Shown piece after piece: positions 8,534-17,639 of a DNA stretch of 64,000 bases. A model generated the notes under the pieces. That model made no database searches, was not told the DNA's origin, and saw only the letters and a program-made list of their open reading frames with translations. Both the position numbers and the translations under genes were made by a program. Each line of letters opens with the position of its first letter. The stretch's first letter is position 1. Location of the stretch: contig JACQHR010000002.1 of NCBI GenBank assembly GCA_016198905.1, forward strand, positions 1,418-65,417, given 5' to 3'. The DNA comes from Candidatus Omnitrophota bacterium. GTDB lineage: Bacteria > Omnitrophota > Gorgyraeia > Aquiviventales > Aquiviventaceae.

Positions 8534-9965
8534 CGTCAAGCCACGAGTGCAGCCGGCCCTCCAACCGGTGCCGGACCGATTGCGGAACTTCGATGAGATG
8601 ATCCAAGGCTACGCGCTGGAAGACGCTCTGGAGGAAGCCCGACGCTGCATTTTGTGCAAGAGCGCGCGCTGCCAGGGCGCCTGCCCCTTGGGCAACCGCA
8701 TCCCGCAGTGGATCGCCGAGCTCCAGCAGGGTCGGTTCGAGGAAGCCTACCGCATTATCCGCGAGATCAGCCCGATGCCGGAACTATGCAGCCGGCTCTG
8801 CCCGCAGGAGCGACTCTGCGAGGGCGCCTGTGCGCTGGGGATTAAGCACGAACCGGTGGCGATCGGCCTCTTGGAGCGGTTCGTGTGCGACCAGAACCGT
8901 GCGCGTCCCAACGGCGTCGACCCCACACCAGCCACGGCACCCATGACCGGCAGCAAGCGGGTGGCGGCGATCGGCTCAGGCCCGGCAAGCCTGGCCTTCG
9001 CCCAGGCCATGGCGCGCGCCGGACACCGGGTGACGGTTTTTGAGCGCTGGCCGAAGCTCGGTGGGGTTCTGCGGTGGATCCCGCGGTTCAAGTTGCCGTC
9101 GGAGCTCTTAGACGCGCATCTGGCGATGCTCACGCGCATGGGTGTGACGTTTTACACGAATACTGAAGTGTCGTGGATCGAGTCGCTGCTCACCGACGAG
9201 GACTTCGAGGGGGTCTTCATCGGCATCGGCGCCAGCCGCCCGTCCATGCCGCAGTTGCCCGGCGAATCCCTGAAGGGCATCTGTTCCTCAACAGAATTTC
9301 TGGTACGGACCTTCTATAGCCGCGAGGAACTGCCCAATGACTGGGAGCCCATCGCGGACGTGATTGGTCGGCGGGTCGTAGTGCTTGGCGGGGGCGACAG
9401 CGCCATGGATTGTGTGCGGACGGCCCTGCGCCTGAACGCTGCAGAAGTCACCTGTGCGTACCGGCGCGATGAGGCCAATATGCCAGGCAGTAAAAAGGAA
9501 GTGCGCGCCGCCAAAGAAGAAGGAGCCAATCTTCAGTGGTTGACCGCGCCCGTCGCGTTTCACTCCGACGACGGACGGAGCGTGTCACAGGTCGAATGTC
9601 TCCGCATGGAGCTCGGACCTCCGGATGCCTCTGGGCGCCGGTCGCCCAAGCCCATTTTGAACTCGGCGTTTCGCATGGAGGCAGACCTCGTGGTCCTCGC
9701 CTTCGGCTATGAAGTGGAATCGGTCTTCGATAATGAGCACTTCTTTCTGATGGCGCCCCCCAAGGGAACCGTTCGGGCCAACCCCAACACCGGGGCGACT
9801 GCCCTGCGCGGGGTCTTTGCCGGAGGAGATTGCGTGACCGGCCCGAATCTCGTTTGCACCGCCGCCCGCGCGGGCCTCACCGCTGCGCAGCACATGTTGC
9901 GTTACTTCGCGGGCGAGCCCTGGGACGTCTTGACCGCTGCTCCCGTCGTTGGCAGCCAAGCGTAG
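8526..9965 (+). CDS. GltD/NfnB-like NADPH-dependent iron-sulfur flavoprotein (paralog 2)
   Basis: CILCKSARCQGACPL and CSRLCPQERLCEGAC clusters, with VAAIGSGPASLA and VVVLGGGDSAMD Rossmann motifs. It overlaps the end of the upstream gene by 8 nt. Confidence 0.8.
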   Translation: MRDVKPRVQPALQPVPDRLRNFDEMIQGYALEDALEEARRCILCKSARCQGACPLGNRIPQWIAELQQGRFEEAYRIIREISPMPELCSRLCPQERLCEGACALGIKHEPVAIGLLERFVCDQNRARPNGVDPTPATAPMTGSKRVAAIGSGPASLAFAQAMARAGHRVTVFERWPKLGGVLRWIPRFKLPSELLDAHLAMLTRMGVTFYTNTEVSWIESLLTDEDFEGVFIGIGASRPSMPQLPGESLKGICSSTEFLVRTFYSREELPNDWEPIADVIGRRVVVLGGGDSAMDCVRTALRLNAAEVTCAYRRDEANMPGSKKEVRAAKEEGANLQWLTAPVAFHSDDGRSVSQVECLRMELGPPDASGRRSPKPILNSAFRMEADLVVLAFGYEVESVFDNEHFFLMAPPKGTVRANPNTGATALRGVFAGGDCVTGPNLVCTAARAGLTAAQHMLRYFAGEPWDVLTAAPVVGSQA

Positions 9966-10054
9966 CCATCCGCTTGGCAAACACCTTGCGTGGGCGGACC
10001 AAGAGGGGTATCGTGAACAGGTCAGGCCATGAGGCCAGCACGCGGGAGGAACCG

Positions 10055-10276
10055 ATGGGAACCATGACGTTGAAGTGCCGGGATGTCGGGGTGAATTGCG
10101 ATGAGGTGATCAGCGGGAACAGCGAGGCGGAGATCTTGCAGAAGGCCGCCGCGCACGCCAAGGGCTGCCACCAGGGCGTGCAGATCACTCCAGAGCTGCA
10201 GAAGAAACTGAAAGCCGCCATCAAGGCAGAGGGACACGGCGGTTCCAGCTGTTGTGGCGGCAGCAGCTGCGGGTAA
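10055..10276 (+). CDS. DUF1059-like small protein with a C-terminal Gly/Cys-rich tail
   Basis: MGTMTLKCRDVGVNCDEVISGNSEAEILQKAAAHAKGCHQG... ending in GHGGSSCCGGSSCG. The start was chosen at an internal ATG. This fold pattern is recalled from memory, not searched. Confidence 0.5.
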   Translation: MGTMTLKCRDVGVNCDEVISGNSEAEILQKAAAHAKGCHQGVQITPELQKKLKAAIKAEGHGGSSCCGGSSCG

Positions 10277-10351
10277 TTACGCTCCATCGACATTGTGCGC
10301 GTCTGGGGGGTGGCCGTTGCACGCGGCGGCGTGGCTGGTCGAATATTGCCG

Positions 10352-10380
10352 TTGACGTCGCGGCCACTGCGTGCTATGCT
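10352..10380 (+). promoter_or_regulatory. sigma70-type promoter of cspA (TTGACG-17-TATGCT) with a ~110-nt 5'UTR
   Basis: TTGACG lies at 10352-10357 and TATGCT at 10375-10380, with a 17-bp spacer. A long leader is typical of cold-shock genes. Confidence 0.5.
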
Positions 10381-10491
10381 TAGCGCGTACTTTTCAGCCT
10401 CATCGAGTTCAGCAAACCGTGGAGCTAAAAGGGCTCTGCGGTTTTTTGCTCCTCGGCAGGCAACCAGTGAAGGGAAGGAGGTGGTACGAGT

Positions 10492-10695
10492 ATGGCGAAA
10501 GGCACCGTGAAGTGGTTTAGTGACCAGAAGGGGTATGGGTTTGTCACCCCGGAGGACGGATCGAAGGACGTGTTTGTCCATCATTCCGCGATTCAAGGCG
10601 AAGGGTTCAAGTCGCTTTCTGAAGGTCAGACGGTCGAGTTCGAAGTCACTCAAGGCCCGAAAGGTCCCCAGGCAACGAACGTCGTCAAGCAGTAA
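10492..10695 (+). CDS. cspA: Cold-shock protein (CspA family)
   Basis: [34 protein letters not shown]... contains the canonical RNP1/RNP2 motifs. An RBS (GGAAGGAGG) lies upstream. Confidence 0.9.
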   Translation: MAKGTVKWFSDQKGYGFVTPEDGSKDVFVHHSAIQGEGFKSLSEGQTVEFEVTQGPKGPQATNVVKQ

Positions 10696-10733
10696 CGTTC
10701 CCCCCGCCACGTGGCGGGAAGGGAGTCAGACCA

Positions 10734-10767
10734 GGGCGTCCATCTCAATGGACGCCCGTTTGGCTTG
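10734..10767 (+). terminator. Intrinsic terminator after cspA
   Basis: Perfect 10-bp stem GGGCGTCCAT / ATGGACGCCC with a 4-nt loop, followed by GTTTGGCTTG. Confidence 0.5.
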
Positions 10768-11011
10768 ATCCCGCGACACAACCGATGACAGGAGGTCCGA
10801 TGGGGAGCAGTCCAGGAGCGTATCGCAGCGCGAAACGCGGGAAGGAATTAGCGCGTCGCAAGAAACAGGAAGAGAAACGCCAACGCCGGCTGGCGCGGGC
10901 TGCCGGAGGCACGGCGCCGGAAGGGTCCTTGCCGACGCTCGATCATCCGGAACCTCCCACGGCGAGTGCGCCTGACGCCGGGACCCCGAGCCCGTCATAA
11001 ACCGCGTCCCG

Positions 11012-12831
11012 TCAGGCGGGAGTCGTTGGATGGCTGCCGGCCAAGGACTCCAATCGCTCATTGAGCTCAATCCAGCGGCGTTCTTCTTCATGGATGAGCT
11101 GGGTCAGCGCGGCGAGGCGATCCGTGAGCTCGCGCGTCCACACGGTGGGGTGAGCTGCCAGCTCGGCTTCAAGCGCTTGCTGCTCGTGGCGGTGCGAGGC
11201 CTGTCGCTCCTCGGAGCGCTTGATCTCGCCGGCGAGTTTTCGCCGTGTCGACTCGCGCTGCTTGCGCAGATGGTAGTCTGACGGCGGCTTTGCAACACGC
11301 GCGGCGGCGGGGCGCCGATCGCCCTGGTCGGCGGTGAGCTCCTGGCGCACTTGATGCTCCAGATGATAGACGTAATCCGCATAGGTTCCCGGATAGCCGA
11401 CGACCGCGCCGTTCTTCACCTCGATGATCTGCGTGGCCACCATGTTCACGAACGTCCGGTCATGGCTGATGAAGAAGATCGTGCCTTGGAATTGACGTAA
11501 GGCCGCGCCGAGCGATTCGACCGTGTCGAAATCCAGGTGGTTCGTCGGCTCATCGAGCAGCAGGACGGAGCGCTTCATGAGCAGCAGCCCGGCCAAACAC
11601 AGCCGCGCGCATTCCCCCCCGCTGAGCACGGACACGGGTTTCTTCACCTCGTTGCCTTTGAATAGAAACGAGCCCGCCATCGCTAACAGCTCCTGCCGGG
11701 TCACCGATGGAGCCGCGCGGCGTTCAAGATGCGTGAAGACATCATGCGCGGGATCCAGCCCTGCCGCTACGTGCTGCGCGTAGTAGGCGATTTCACAATG
11801 GTACCCCCAGCGAAACGAGCCGTGTTGAGGCGGCAACTCGCCGGCGAGCGTGCGCAGCAGCGTGGTTTTGCCTTGCCCGTTATCTCCCAGGACGGCCACG
11901 TGCGCGCCATGGTCCGCGTGCAGGTGGATCGCGCCGGCGACGAGCTTGTCGGGATAGCCGATCGAGAGATCTTCACACCGAAACGCGACGCCCTGGCGAT
12001 GCGAGACGGCAGGAATGTTGATCTGCACGCTGCGCTGGGGCCCGGCCAGCTCGATCGTCTTGAGCTTCTCGATCTGCTTCATCTTGGAACGGGCCTGGCT
12101 GGCTTTTGAGGCTTTGGCGTGGAACCGGTCCACGAACGCCTGCAGCTGCTTGCGCTTGCTCTCGATGGTTTCGTTATAGCTGATCGCCTGAGCCTGCTGC
12201 TCCTGCTTAAAGACGAGGTACTCCTCGACAGTGCCGGGGTAGAGCGTGAGCCGGCCGTCTTCGGCTTCCAGCGTGTGATCGCAGGTTTTCTTGAGAAACT
12301 CCCGGTCGTGCGACACGATCAGAAATCCGCCGTCAAAGTCCTCGAGGAACTCTTCCAGCAGGATCAGCGTCTTTAAGTCGAGATAGTTGGACGGCTCATC
12401 CAGGATGAGGAAATTTGGATCGCGCAGCAGCATCGAGGCGAGCTTCACGCGGGTTTGATAGCCGCCGGAGAGGGTCTTCACGGCGGTATCCAGCAGCGCG
12501 TGTTTCAGCTGAAACCGGCCGGCGACCTCGCCGCAGCGCCAGCCTTCCTGGCCCGTGTGGCGCATGAGAAACTCCAGCACCGTTTCGGTGGGTGTGAACG
12601 GATCGTGCTGCTCGAGGTAGCTCAGTCGTAGGTCGGCGCTCTGAACGACTTCGCCTGCGTCGGCGGTATCCTGGCCGATGATGATTTTGCACAGCGTCGA
12701 TTTGCCGGCTCCGTTGCGGCCGATGAAGCCGATTTTTTGCTCGCTATTGAGCGTGGCGTTGGCCGCCTCGAAAATGACGTGCGGGCCAAAGGCCTTGTGG
12801 ATGTCTTTGAGCTGTAGGATCGCCGGCATAG
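11012..12831 (-). CDS. ABC-F family ATPase (Uup/YheS-like ribosome-associated), with tandem ABC domains and a C-terminal coiled coil
   Basis: Two Walker A motifs (GRNGAGKST; GDNGQGKTT) and two signature motifs (LSGGYQTRV; LSGGECARL). The Arg/Glu-rich C-terminus resembles Uup. Start chosen at MPAILQLKDIH. Confidence 0.85.
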
Positions 12832-13004
12832 CTGGTGCGCTAGCGTAGAGCTTAACGCCGAAGGCGTCAAGCCATTGAACGCTGGGGCAGCCTGGTTTTC
12901 TCAGCAGCCGCGACGAGTTGTGAGCCACAGCCCCGTGCCCCGTCACCCCATCCTCCTTCCGCCTCTCGCGCCTACGTCAGTCAGGCACGTTCCATAACAC
13001 GCCT

Positions 13005-13032
13005 GTAATCGAAAAGTTACCAGGTTGTTACC
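13005..13032 (+). promoter_or_regulatory. ECF-sigma-like promoter motif copy A (GTAATC-N16-GTTACC)
   Basis: GTAATCGAAAAGTTACCAGGTTGTTACC. The same composite motif recurs at 23631 and 25654 (see findings). Confidence 0.35.
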
Positions 13033-13206
13033 GCCCTTCGTGTAGGGTTGATGGCGCAAGAGGGACGCCTTCGCATCGATCGATATCGAGAAAGGGGGTG
13101 AAGAGTGGTGAGCCAGGGGTGCTGGATCATTCGGTGAAATGAGGTTGCGCATAATCACCTCATCTCAAGAGCGACAATCATCGAAGTCATAACGGAGGGA
13201 ACGCCC

Positions 13207-13656
13207 ATGCGACGAAGCAAGGTACTCTCGAGTGTGCTTGTGGTGGGAATAGTGCTCGTTGGTATTATTGGCGCAAGATCGCTGGTGGCCGCGAAACACG
13301 CGCCAGCCTACATGCTGCACGTGTCTGGAAAAGTCCTGGCCATTGACGCGAAGGCCGAGATCTTGAGATTGGAAGCTGAGAAGCCGCTCGACGCCTTGTC
13401 GGGTGGTCGGCTGGTGGACTTCGCGATCAACGGCAAGACGGTCATCGCCAAAGAAGATCGAAGGGTGCAGCCAACGGAGCTGCAGTTTGGCGAGCAGGTG
13501 CAGATCGAGTACGTGGTGGAGCGCGGCAAGAACGTGGCGCGCTCAATTACGGTCGATGAGTCGACGCAGATCCATACGCCAAAAGATGTGGACACTCCGC
13601 AGGAATCCGAGCCGCTCGCGCCAACGCCAGCCAGCCCGTATGGCGCTCCGCGTTAA
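13207..13656 (+). CDS. Periplasmic/membrane-anchored hypothetical protein, paralogous to 23804..24278
   Basis: N-terminal TM/signal segment. The shared block SGKVLAIDAKAEIL...ELQFGEQVQIEYVVERGKNVARSI matches the 23804 protein. Confidence 0.55.
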   Translation: MRRSKVLSSVLVVGIVLVGIIGARSLVAAKHAPAYMLHVSGKVLAIDAKAEILRLEAEKPLDALSGGRLVDFAINGKTVIAKEDRRVQPTELQFGEQVQIEYVVERGKNVARSITVDESTQIHTPKDVDTPQESEPLAPTPASPYGAPR

Positions 13657-13986
13657 GGTGACAATCGCATCGAGCCAGAGATCGATCAGAGGAGGGGCCT
13701 ATGAGCGAATTGATGATGGCAGTCGGCGGATTGATTCGAACAAGCCTTGCCCGAAGCTTCTCGCATCATTTGGACACCGCCGTCAAGTTACGGAGGCCGC
13801 TCGGAACGCTCAGCGTTATGGGAGGGCCGCGCTGCCGACAGCACGAACGCAAGACCCACACCACGACGTACTTCGTGACAGGGTGTGAGACGACGCGCGA
13901 TGATACCCTCAAAGCGAACCAAAGGGTCAGGCGTACGTATCGCGCGATGACCCCTCTTGAGAAGTTGTAACCATAGGAGGAAGACA

Positions 13987-14553
13987 ATGGCGCAGCAAAA
14001 AGGCATGATGGAGTCAGTCAAGCGAGGTATTGTGACTGCCGTTCAAGGAGCCGGAGATGTGACTAGCGCGGTTGTCGGAGCGATCAGCAAAACGGTGGCG
14101 ATGACCATCGGGGGCCTCAGCGACATCGCAGGGTCGCTTGTGGAGGTGATCGCCGATGTGGCGAAAGGAACGATCCAAGCGATCGTCGAGGTAGGGGGCG
14201 ACTTAGGGGCTGCAACCAAGGGGCTTGTCTTGGGCGTCCTGCATGGCACCAGGAAAGCAGGCGTCGCGACGCTTGAGACTCTCAGCCAGACGGCGGCAGC
14301 CGCCATTCGAGCAACGGCAGATGTGACAGGCGACCTCGGCGTTGCGACGAAAGGCCTGGTGGAAGGCGCGGTCGAGGGAGCGAAGGACGTGGGCTTGGAT
14401 GCCACCGAAGCAGCGTCTGCGGCGGCCAGAGGAGCGCTCAAAGCCGCTGAGGAGATCGGATCTGATGCGGGCACGACCGTCCGCCACGCCCTGACGGGCA
14501 CGATTGCTGGGGTGAAGGTGGTGCTGAAGGAACCGTTCAAGAAAACCACGTAA
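13987..14553 (+). CDS. Hypothetical Ala/Gly/Val-rich protein with internal GDLGxATKGLVxG repeats
   Basis: RBS GGAGG at 13976. Repeats GDLGAATKGLVLGV and GDLGVATKGLVEGA. Confidence 0.5.
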   Translation: MAQQKGMMESVKRGIVTAVQGAGDVTSAVVGAISKTVAMTIGGLSDIAGSLVEVIADVAKGTIQAIVEVGGDLGAATKGLVLGVLHGTRKAGVATLETLSQTAAAAIRATADVTGDLGVATKGLVEGAVEGAKDVGLDATEAASAAARGALKAAEEIGSDAGTTVRHALTGTIAGVKVVLKEPFKKTT

Positions 14554-14589
14554 GTCGAAGATGTGGTGGAGCACAACCAAGGAGGCGAG

Positions 14590-14835
14590 ATGGACCGACT
14601 CGTGTGGTTTCTGTTGATTGGCCTCGCGGCAGGGTGGTGCGCGGGGCTCGTGATGAAGGGTCGCGGATTTGGCATGTTCGGCGACATCGTCGTCGGCGTG
14701 CTTGGAGCTGTCATCGGTGGATGGCTGTTTAGCCTCTTAGGCCTTACGGCGTACGGGACGACAGGAGCTCTCGTCATCGCGTTCATCGGAGCGGTGACGC
14801 TGCTGGCGCTCATTAGCGTCGTCAAGAGAGTCTGA
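14590..14835 (+). CDS. GlsB/YeaQ/YmgE-family stress-induced membrane protein (transglycosylase-associated)
   Basis: MDRLVWFLLIGLAAGWCAGLVMKGRGFGMFGDIVVGVLGAVIGGWLF... matches the family signature. An RBS lies at 14579. Confidence 0.75.
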   Translation: MDRLVWFLLIGLAAGWCAGLVMKGRGFGMFGDIVVGVLGAVIGGWLFSLLGLTAYGTTGALVIAFIGAVTLLALISVVKRV

Positions 14836-14955
14836 TCGCCACTCGAACAAGCGACGTCATCGCGACCGATAGGATGAAGGTGATCGACTGGACGATCCTC
14901 GAACATCATGGGGAGGTCAGGTGAACCAATTCGGCTGCTCACATGGGAGGACACA

Positions 14956-15255
14956 ATGCAGAGCGTGATACGGCACAGGACAGTCGGCTTCTTGTGCGCG
15001 GGGATGCTCGTGGCTACGGGATGCGCACAGCACACGCGAACCAGAGTGACACGGACCGAAGAGGTGGTACGGCGTCCGGTGCAAACACAGACGACCAACC
15101 TTTCGGCAGAGGAGAGAACGGTGGTTGAAAAGGAGTCGACCACAGCCGTCCAGCAGGAACCTCGCGGCATCCTGAGCAGCACGGTGCACGTTGTGGGGGA
15201 GATCTTGGCGCTGCCGTTTCATCTGGTCGCGGGTCTCCTCAAGCTCATTTTTTAG
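14956..15255 (+). CDS. Hypothetical lipoprotein
   Basis: Lipobox LVATGC after a short signal peptide. RBS GGGAGG. The rest is Thr/Glu-rich. Confidence 0.5.
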   Translation: MQSVIRHRTVGFLCAGMLVATGCAQHTRTRVTRTEEVVRRPVQTQTTNLSAEERTVVEKESTTAVQQEPRGILSSTVHVVGEILALPFHLVAGLLKLIF

Positions 15256-15288
15256 CCGATTCCTCTCAACCTGGAGCCAATGTGTGCG

Positions 15289-15663
15289 ATGAAAAAATTA
15301 ATCCTGATAGCGCTCATCGCCGCCTCGCTTGGAACGTCCGGCTGCGCACTCATGCTCGTGGGTGCGGGGGTGGCGGGCGGCTATGCCATTAGCAAGGATT
15401 CGGTGAGAAATTTGTTCGATCTGTCCAACGACCATGTGTATGACGAGAGCCTCAACGCAGTGAAGGAACTCGGATTGGTGAAATTGGAAGATCGCACCCA
15501 CGGCCTCATCAAAGCCGAGGTCCACGATGTGGACATCACCATCACCGTCCATCAGGTGACCAAGAGAACCGTGGAGTTGAAGGTGCGGGGTCGCAGCCAT
15601 TTGTTCCTTCCCAAAGTGGATGTGGCACAGGAGGTCTATAACAAGATCATCGAGCGCCTGTGA
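15289..15663 (+). CDS. Hypothetical lipoprotein
   Basis: Signal peptide MKKLILIALIAASLGTSGC followed by a lipobox Cys. Confidence 0.55.
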   Translation: MKKLILIALIAASLGTSGCALMLVGAGVAGGYAISKDSVRNLFDLSNDHVYDESLNAVKELGLVKLEDRTHGLIKAEVHDVDITITVHQVTKRTVELKVRGRSHLFLPKVDVAQEVYNKIIERL

Positions 15664-15761
15664 AGGAGAAGCGCATGCGCGGCGAGGGCTCGCCGCGGCG
15701 CTCCTCGTTCATCGTGACAGTATCTGTTCCCAGAATGGCACAATGTTCATTAGAATAGGCC

Positions 15762-16721
15762 ATGGACTTCCGACCGGCGTGGTGGTGCCGCAACGCGCAT
15801 CTGCAGACGATTTGGGGCTCTGTGCTGCGGCCCATCCCTCAGGTGCGCGTGAGTCGTGCCCGATGGGAGCTGCCGGATGGCGATTTTCTCGACGTCGATG
15901 TGTTGAGCGCCGAGGCTGCGGCACCCCGTCTGATTGTGCTGCACGGCCTCGAGAGTTCCTCCAGTGCCATCGGGGTGCGAGGGCTGTTGTCGCAGGCGCA
16001 CGCGCGCGGCTGGGGCGGCATCGCGGTCAATTTCCGCGGATGCAGCGGAGAGCCTAATCGCCAACCGCGCTCCTATCATGGCGGAGCGACCACGGATCTG
16101 GCGTGGGTCATCGCCCACGTGCAAGAGCGACATCCTGCCAGCGCGCTACTCTGCGCGGGATTTTCCCTCGGCGGCAACGTGCTGCTCAAGTTGTTAGGAG
16201 AGCAAGGCGACGCGTTGCCGCGACCCATTCGAGCGGCCGTGGCGGTTTCAGCGCCGTTTGATTTAGCCGCCAGCGCGAAGGCGCTTGAGCGGGGATTTAG
16301 TCGAGTCTATCAGGGCCGGCTGGTGGAGAATTTGAAACGCAAGACGTTCCAAAAACTCGCCGCGCATCCGCATCCGGTCGACCCTGCGGCGTTGCGACGC
16401 GTCCGCACGCTCGGAGAGTTTGACGATCTGGTAACCGCGCCGGTGCATGGCTTTGCGGATGCCAACGCGTATTGGGCGGCGTCGAGTTCAGCGCCCTATC
16501 TGTCGCGCATTCGTCGCCCGACGCTGCTGATCAACGCTGAAGACGACCCGTTTCTTCCGGCGACGTCGCTTCCGCGGCAGGCGGTGGCCGGCAACCCGTT
16601 TCTCACGGCCGCGTTTACGCCCTTCGGAGGCCATCTCGGTTTCCTCTCAGGCCATTGGCCAGGTGTCCCCACCCCCTGGGCTGAGGCCCATGCAGTTGCG
16701 TTTCTTGCCCAGCATCTTTGA
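15762..16721 (+). CDS. Alpha/beta-fold hydrolase, YheT/abhydrolase family
   Basis: HGLESSS oxyanion region, GFSLGGN nucleophile elbow and a C-terminal His. The length fits the family. Confidence 0.8.
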   Translation: MDFRPAWWCRNAHLQTIWGSVLRPIPQVRVSRARWELPDGDFLDVDVLSAEAAAPRLIVLHGLESSSSAIGVRGLLSQAHARGWGGIAVNFRGCSGEPNRQPRSYHGGATTDLAWVIAHVQERHPASALLCAGFSLGGNVLLKLLGEQGDALPRPIRAAVAVSAPFDLAASAKALERGFSRVYQGRLVENLKRKTFQKLAAHPHPVDPAALRRVRTLGEFDDLVTAPVHGFADANAYWAASSSAPYLSRIRRPTLLINAEDDPFLPATSLPRQAVAGNPFLTAAFTPFGGHLGFLSGHWPGVPTPWAEAHAVAFLAQHL

Positions 16722-16888
16722 AGCCCGTCCAGCATCCCTGCCAGGCGCAGATCATGCTCGTTGCCCGCGTTCTCATTGGCGGGGCGATGTGCTAGAATGC
16801 GCGTGATGACTCCTCCGTTGCACGACACGAGAGGCGCACGCGCGGCGTCCAGGGATTCCTGGGCGCCGTTTCTTGTTAGAGGCACCCC

Positions 16889-17566
16889 ATGGCACTGACG
16901 GCCATCCGCGTGGCGCTGGCGTTAGCGCTCTATGTCGTCGGTGCGGTGGTGTTGGGACTCGCCCTCTTTCCCGCCGTCTGGTGGTGCCGCTCGGCGTGGC
17001 TCTCCGCTGCCGGTTGGGCGCTCTGGCAGCAAACTCTGTGGGTGTGTCTCGCGGCTGGGGTGGGGTACTTCATCTTTGGATTTAATCTGATGTTCATCTC
17101 GGCGCTGCTGCGCTGGGTGTTTCGCCTGGATGTGCGGGAAGGGGAGTATCCGCTGGCGTCGCTTGGGATGCTGCGGTGGTACGTCTCGAACGCGCTGCAG
17201 TTTATCGTCTGGAGCGTGTTCGGCGATTTTCTGCTGATGACGCCGTTTGCCGCACTCTTTTATCGTCTCATGGGAGCGAAGCTCGGACTCAACGTGCAAA
17301 TCAACTCGAAGTTCTGCGCGGATCTGGCGCTGCTGGACATCGGCGATAACGCCGTCATCGGGGGCCACGCGACGGTCATCGCCCACTCGCTGGAATCTCG
17401 CGGCCTCATCCTGAAACGCGTGCGCATCGGCCGCAGCGCCATCATCGGCCTCAACGCGATCGTGCTGCCCGGCGTCGAGGTGGGCGATCGTGCCGTCGTC
17501 GGCGCCGGCGTGTTTGTGCCCAAGGACACGAAGATCGCTGCCGGGACGGTCTATCTTGGTAAATAG
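16889..17566 (+). CDS. Membrane-anchored hexapeptide-repeat (left-handed beta-helix) acyltransferase
   Basis: Two to three N-terminal TM helices are followed by isoleucine-patch repeats (GDNAVIGGHATVIAHS...IGRSAIIGLNAIVLPGVEVGDRAVVGAG). Confidence 0.65.
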   Translation: MALTAIRVALALALYVVGAVVLGLALFPAVWWCRSAWLSAAGWALWQQTLWVCLAAGVGYFIFGFNLMFISALLRWVFRLDVREGEYPLASLGMLRWYVSNALQFIVWSVFGDFLLMTPFAALFYRLMGAKLGLNVQINSKFCADLALLDIGDNAVIGGHATVIAHSLESRGLILKRVRIGRSAIIGLNAIVLPGVEVGDRAVVGAGVFVPKDTKIAAGTVYLGK

Positions 17567-17639
17567 CGATGCCCTCGCATCAGATGATCGCCGACTAGGC
17601 GATGTGCGCGGCGAGCGCTAGGCCGTAAGCGCTCTGCCA

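Noticed and set aside
10785-11000. 71-aa highly basic ORF (RRKKQEEKRQRRLARAAGG...) after cspA
   Set aside because: A possible small ribosomal or nucleic-acid-binding protein, but there is no RBS or known motif. It overlaps the 3' end of the convergent ABC-F gene region. Left unannotated.
14043-15182. 379-aa minus-strand ORF spanning three small plus-strand genes
   Set aside because: It is Ser/Thr/Pro/Ala-rich with no motif. The plus-strand genes have RBSs, signal peptides and a known family (YmgE).
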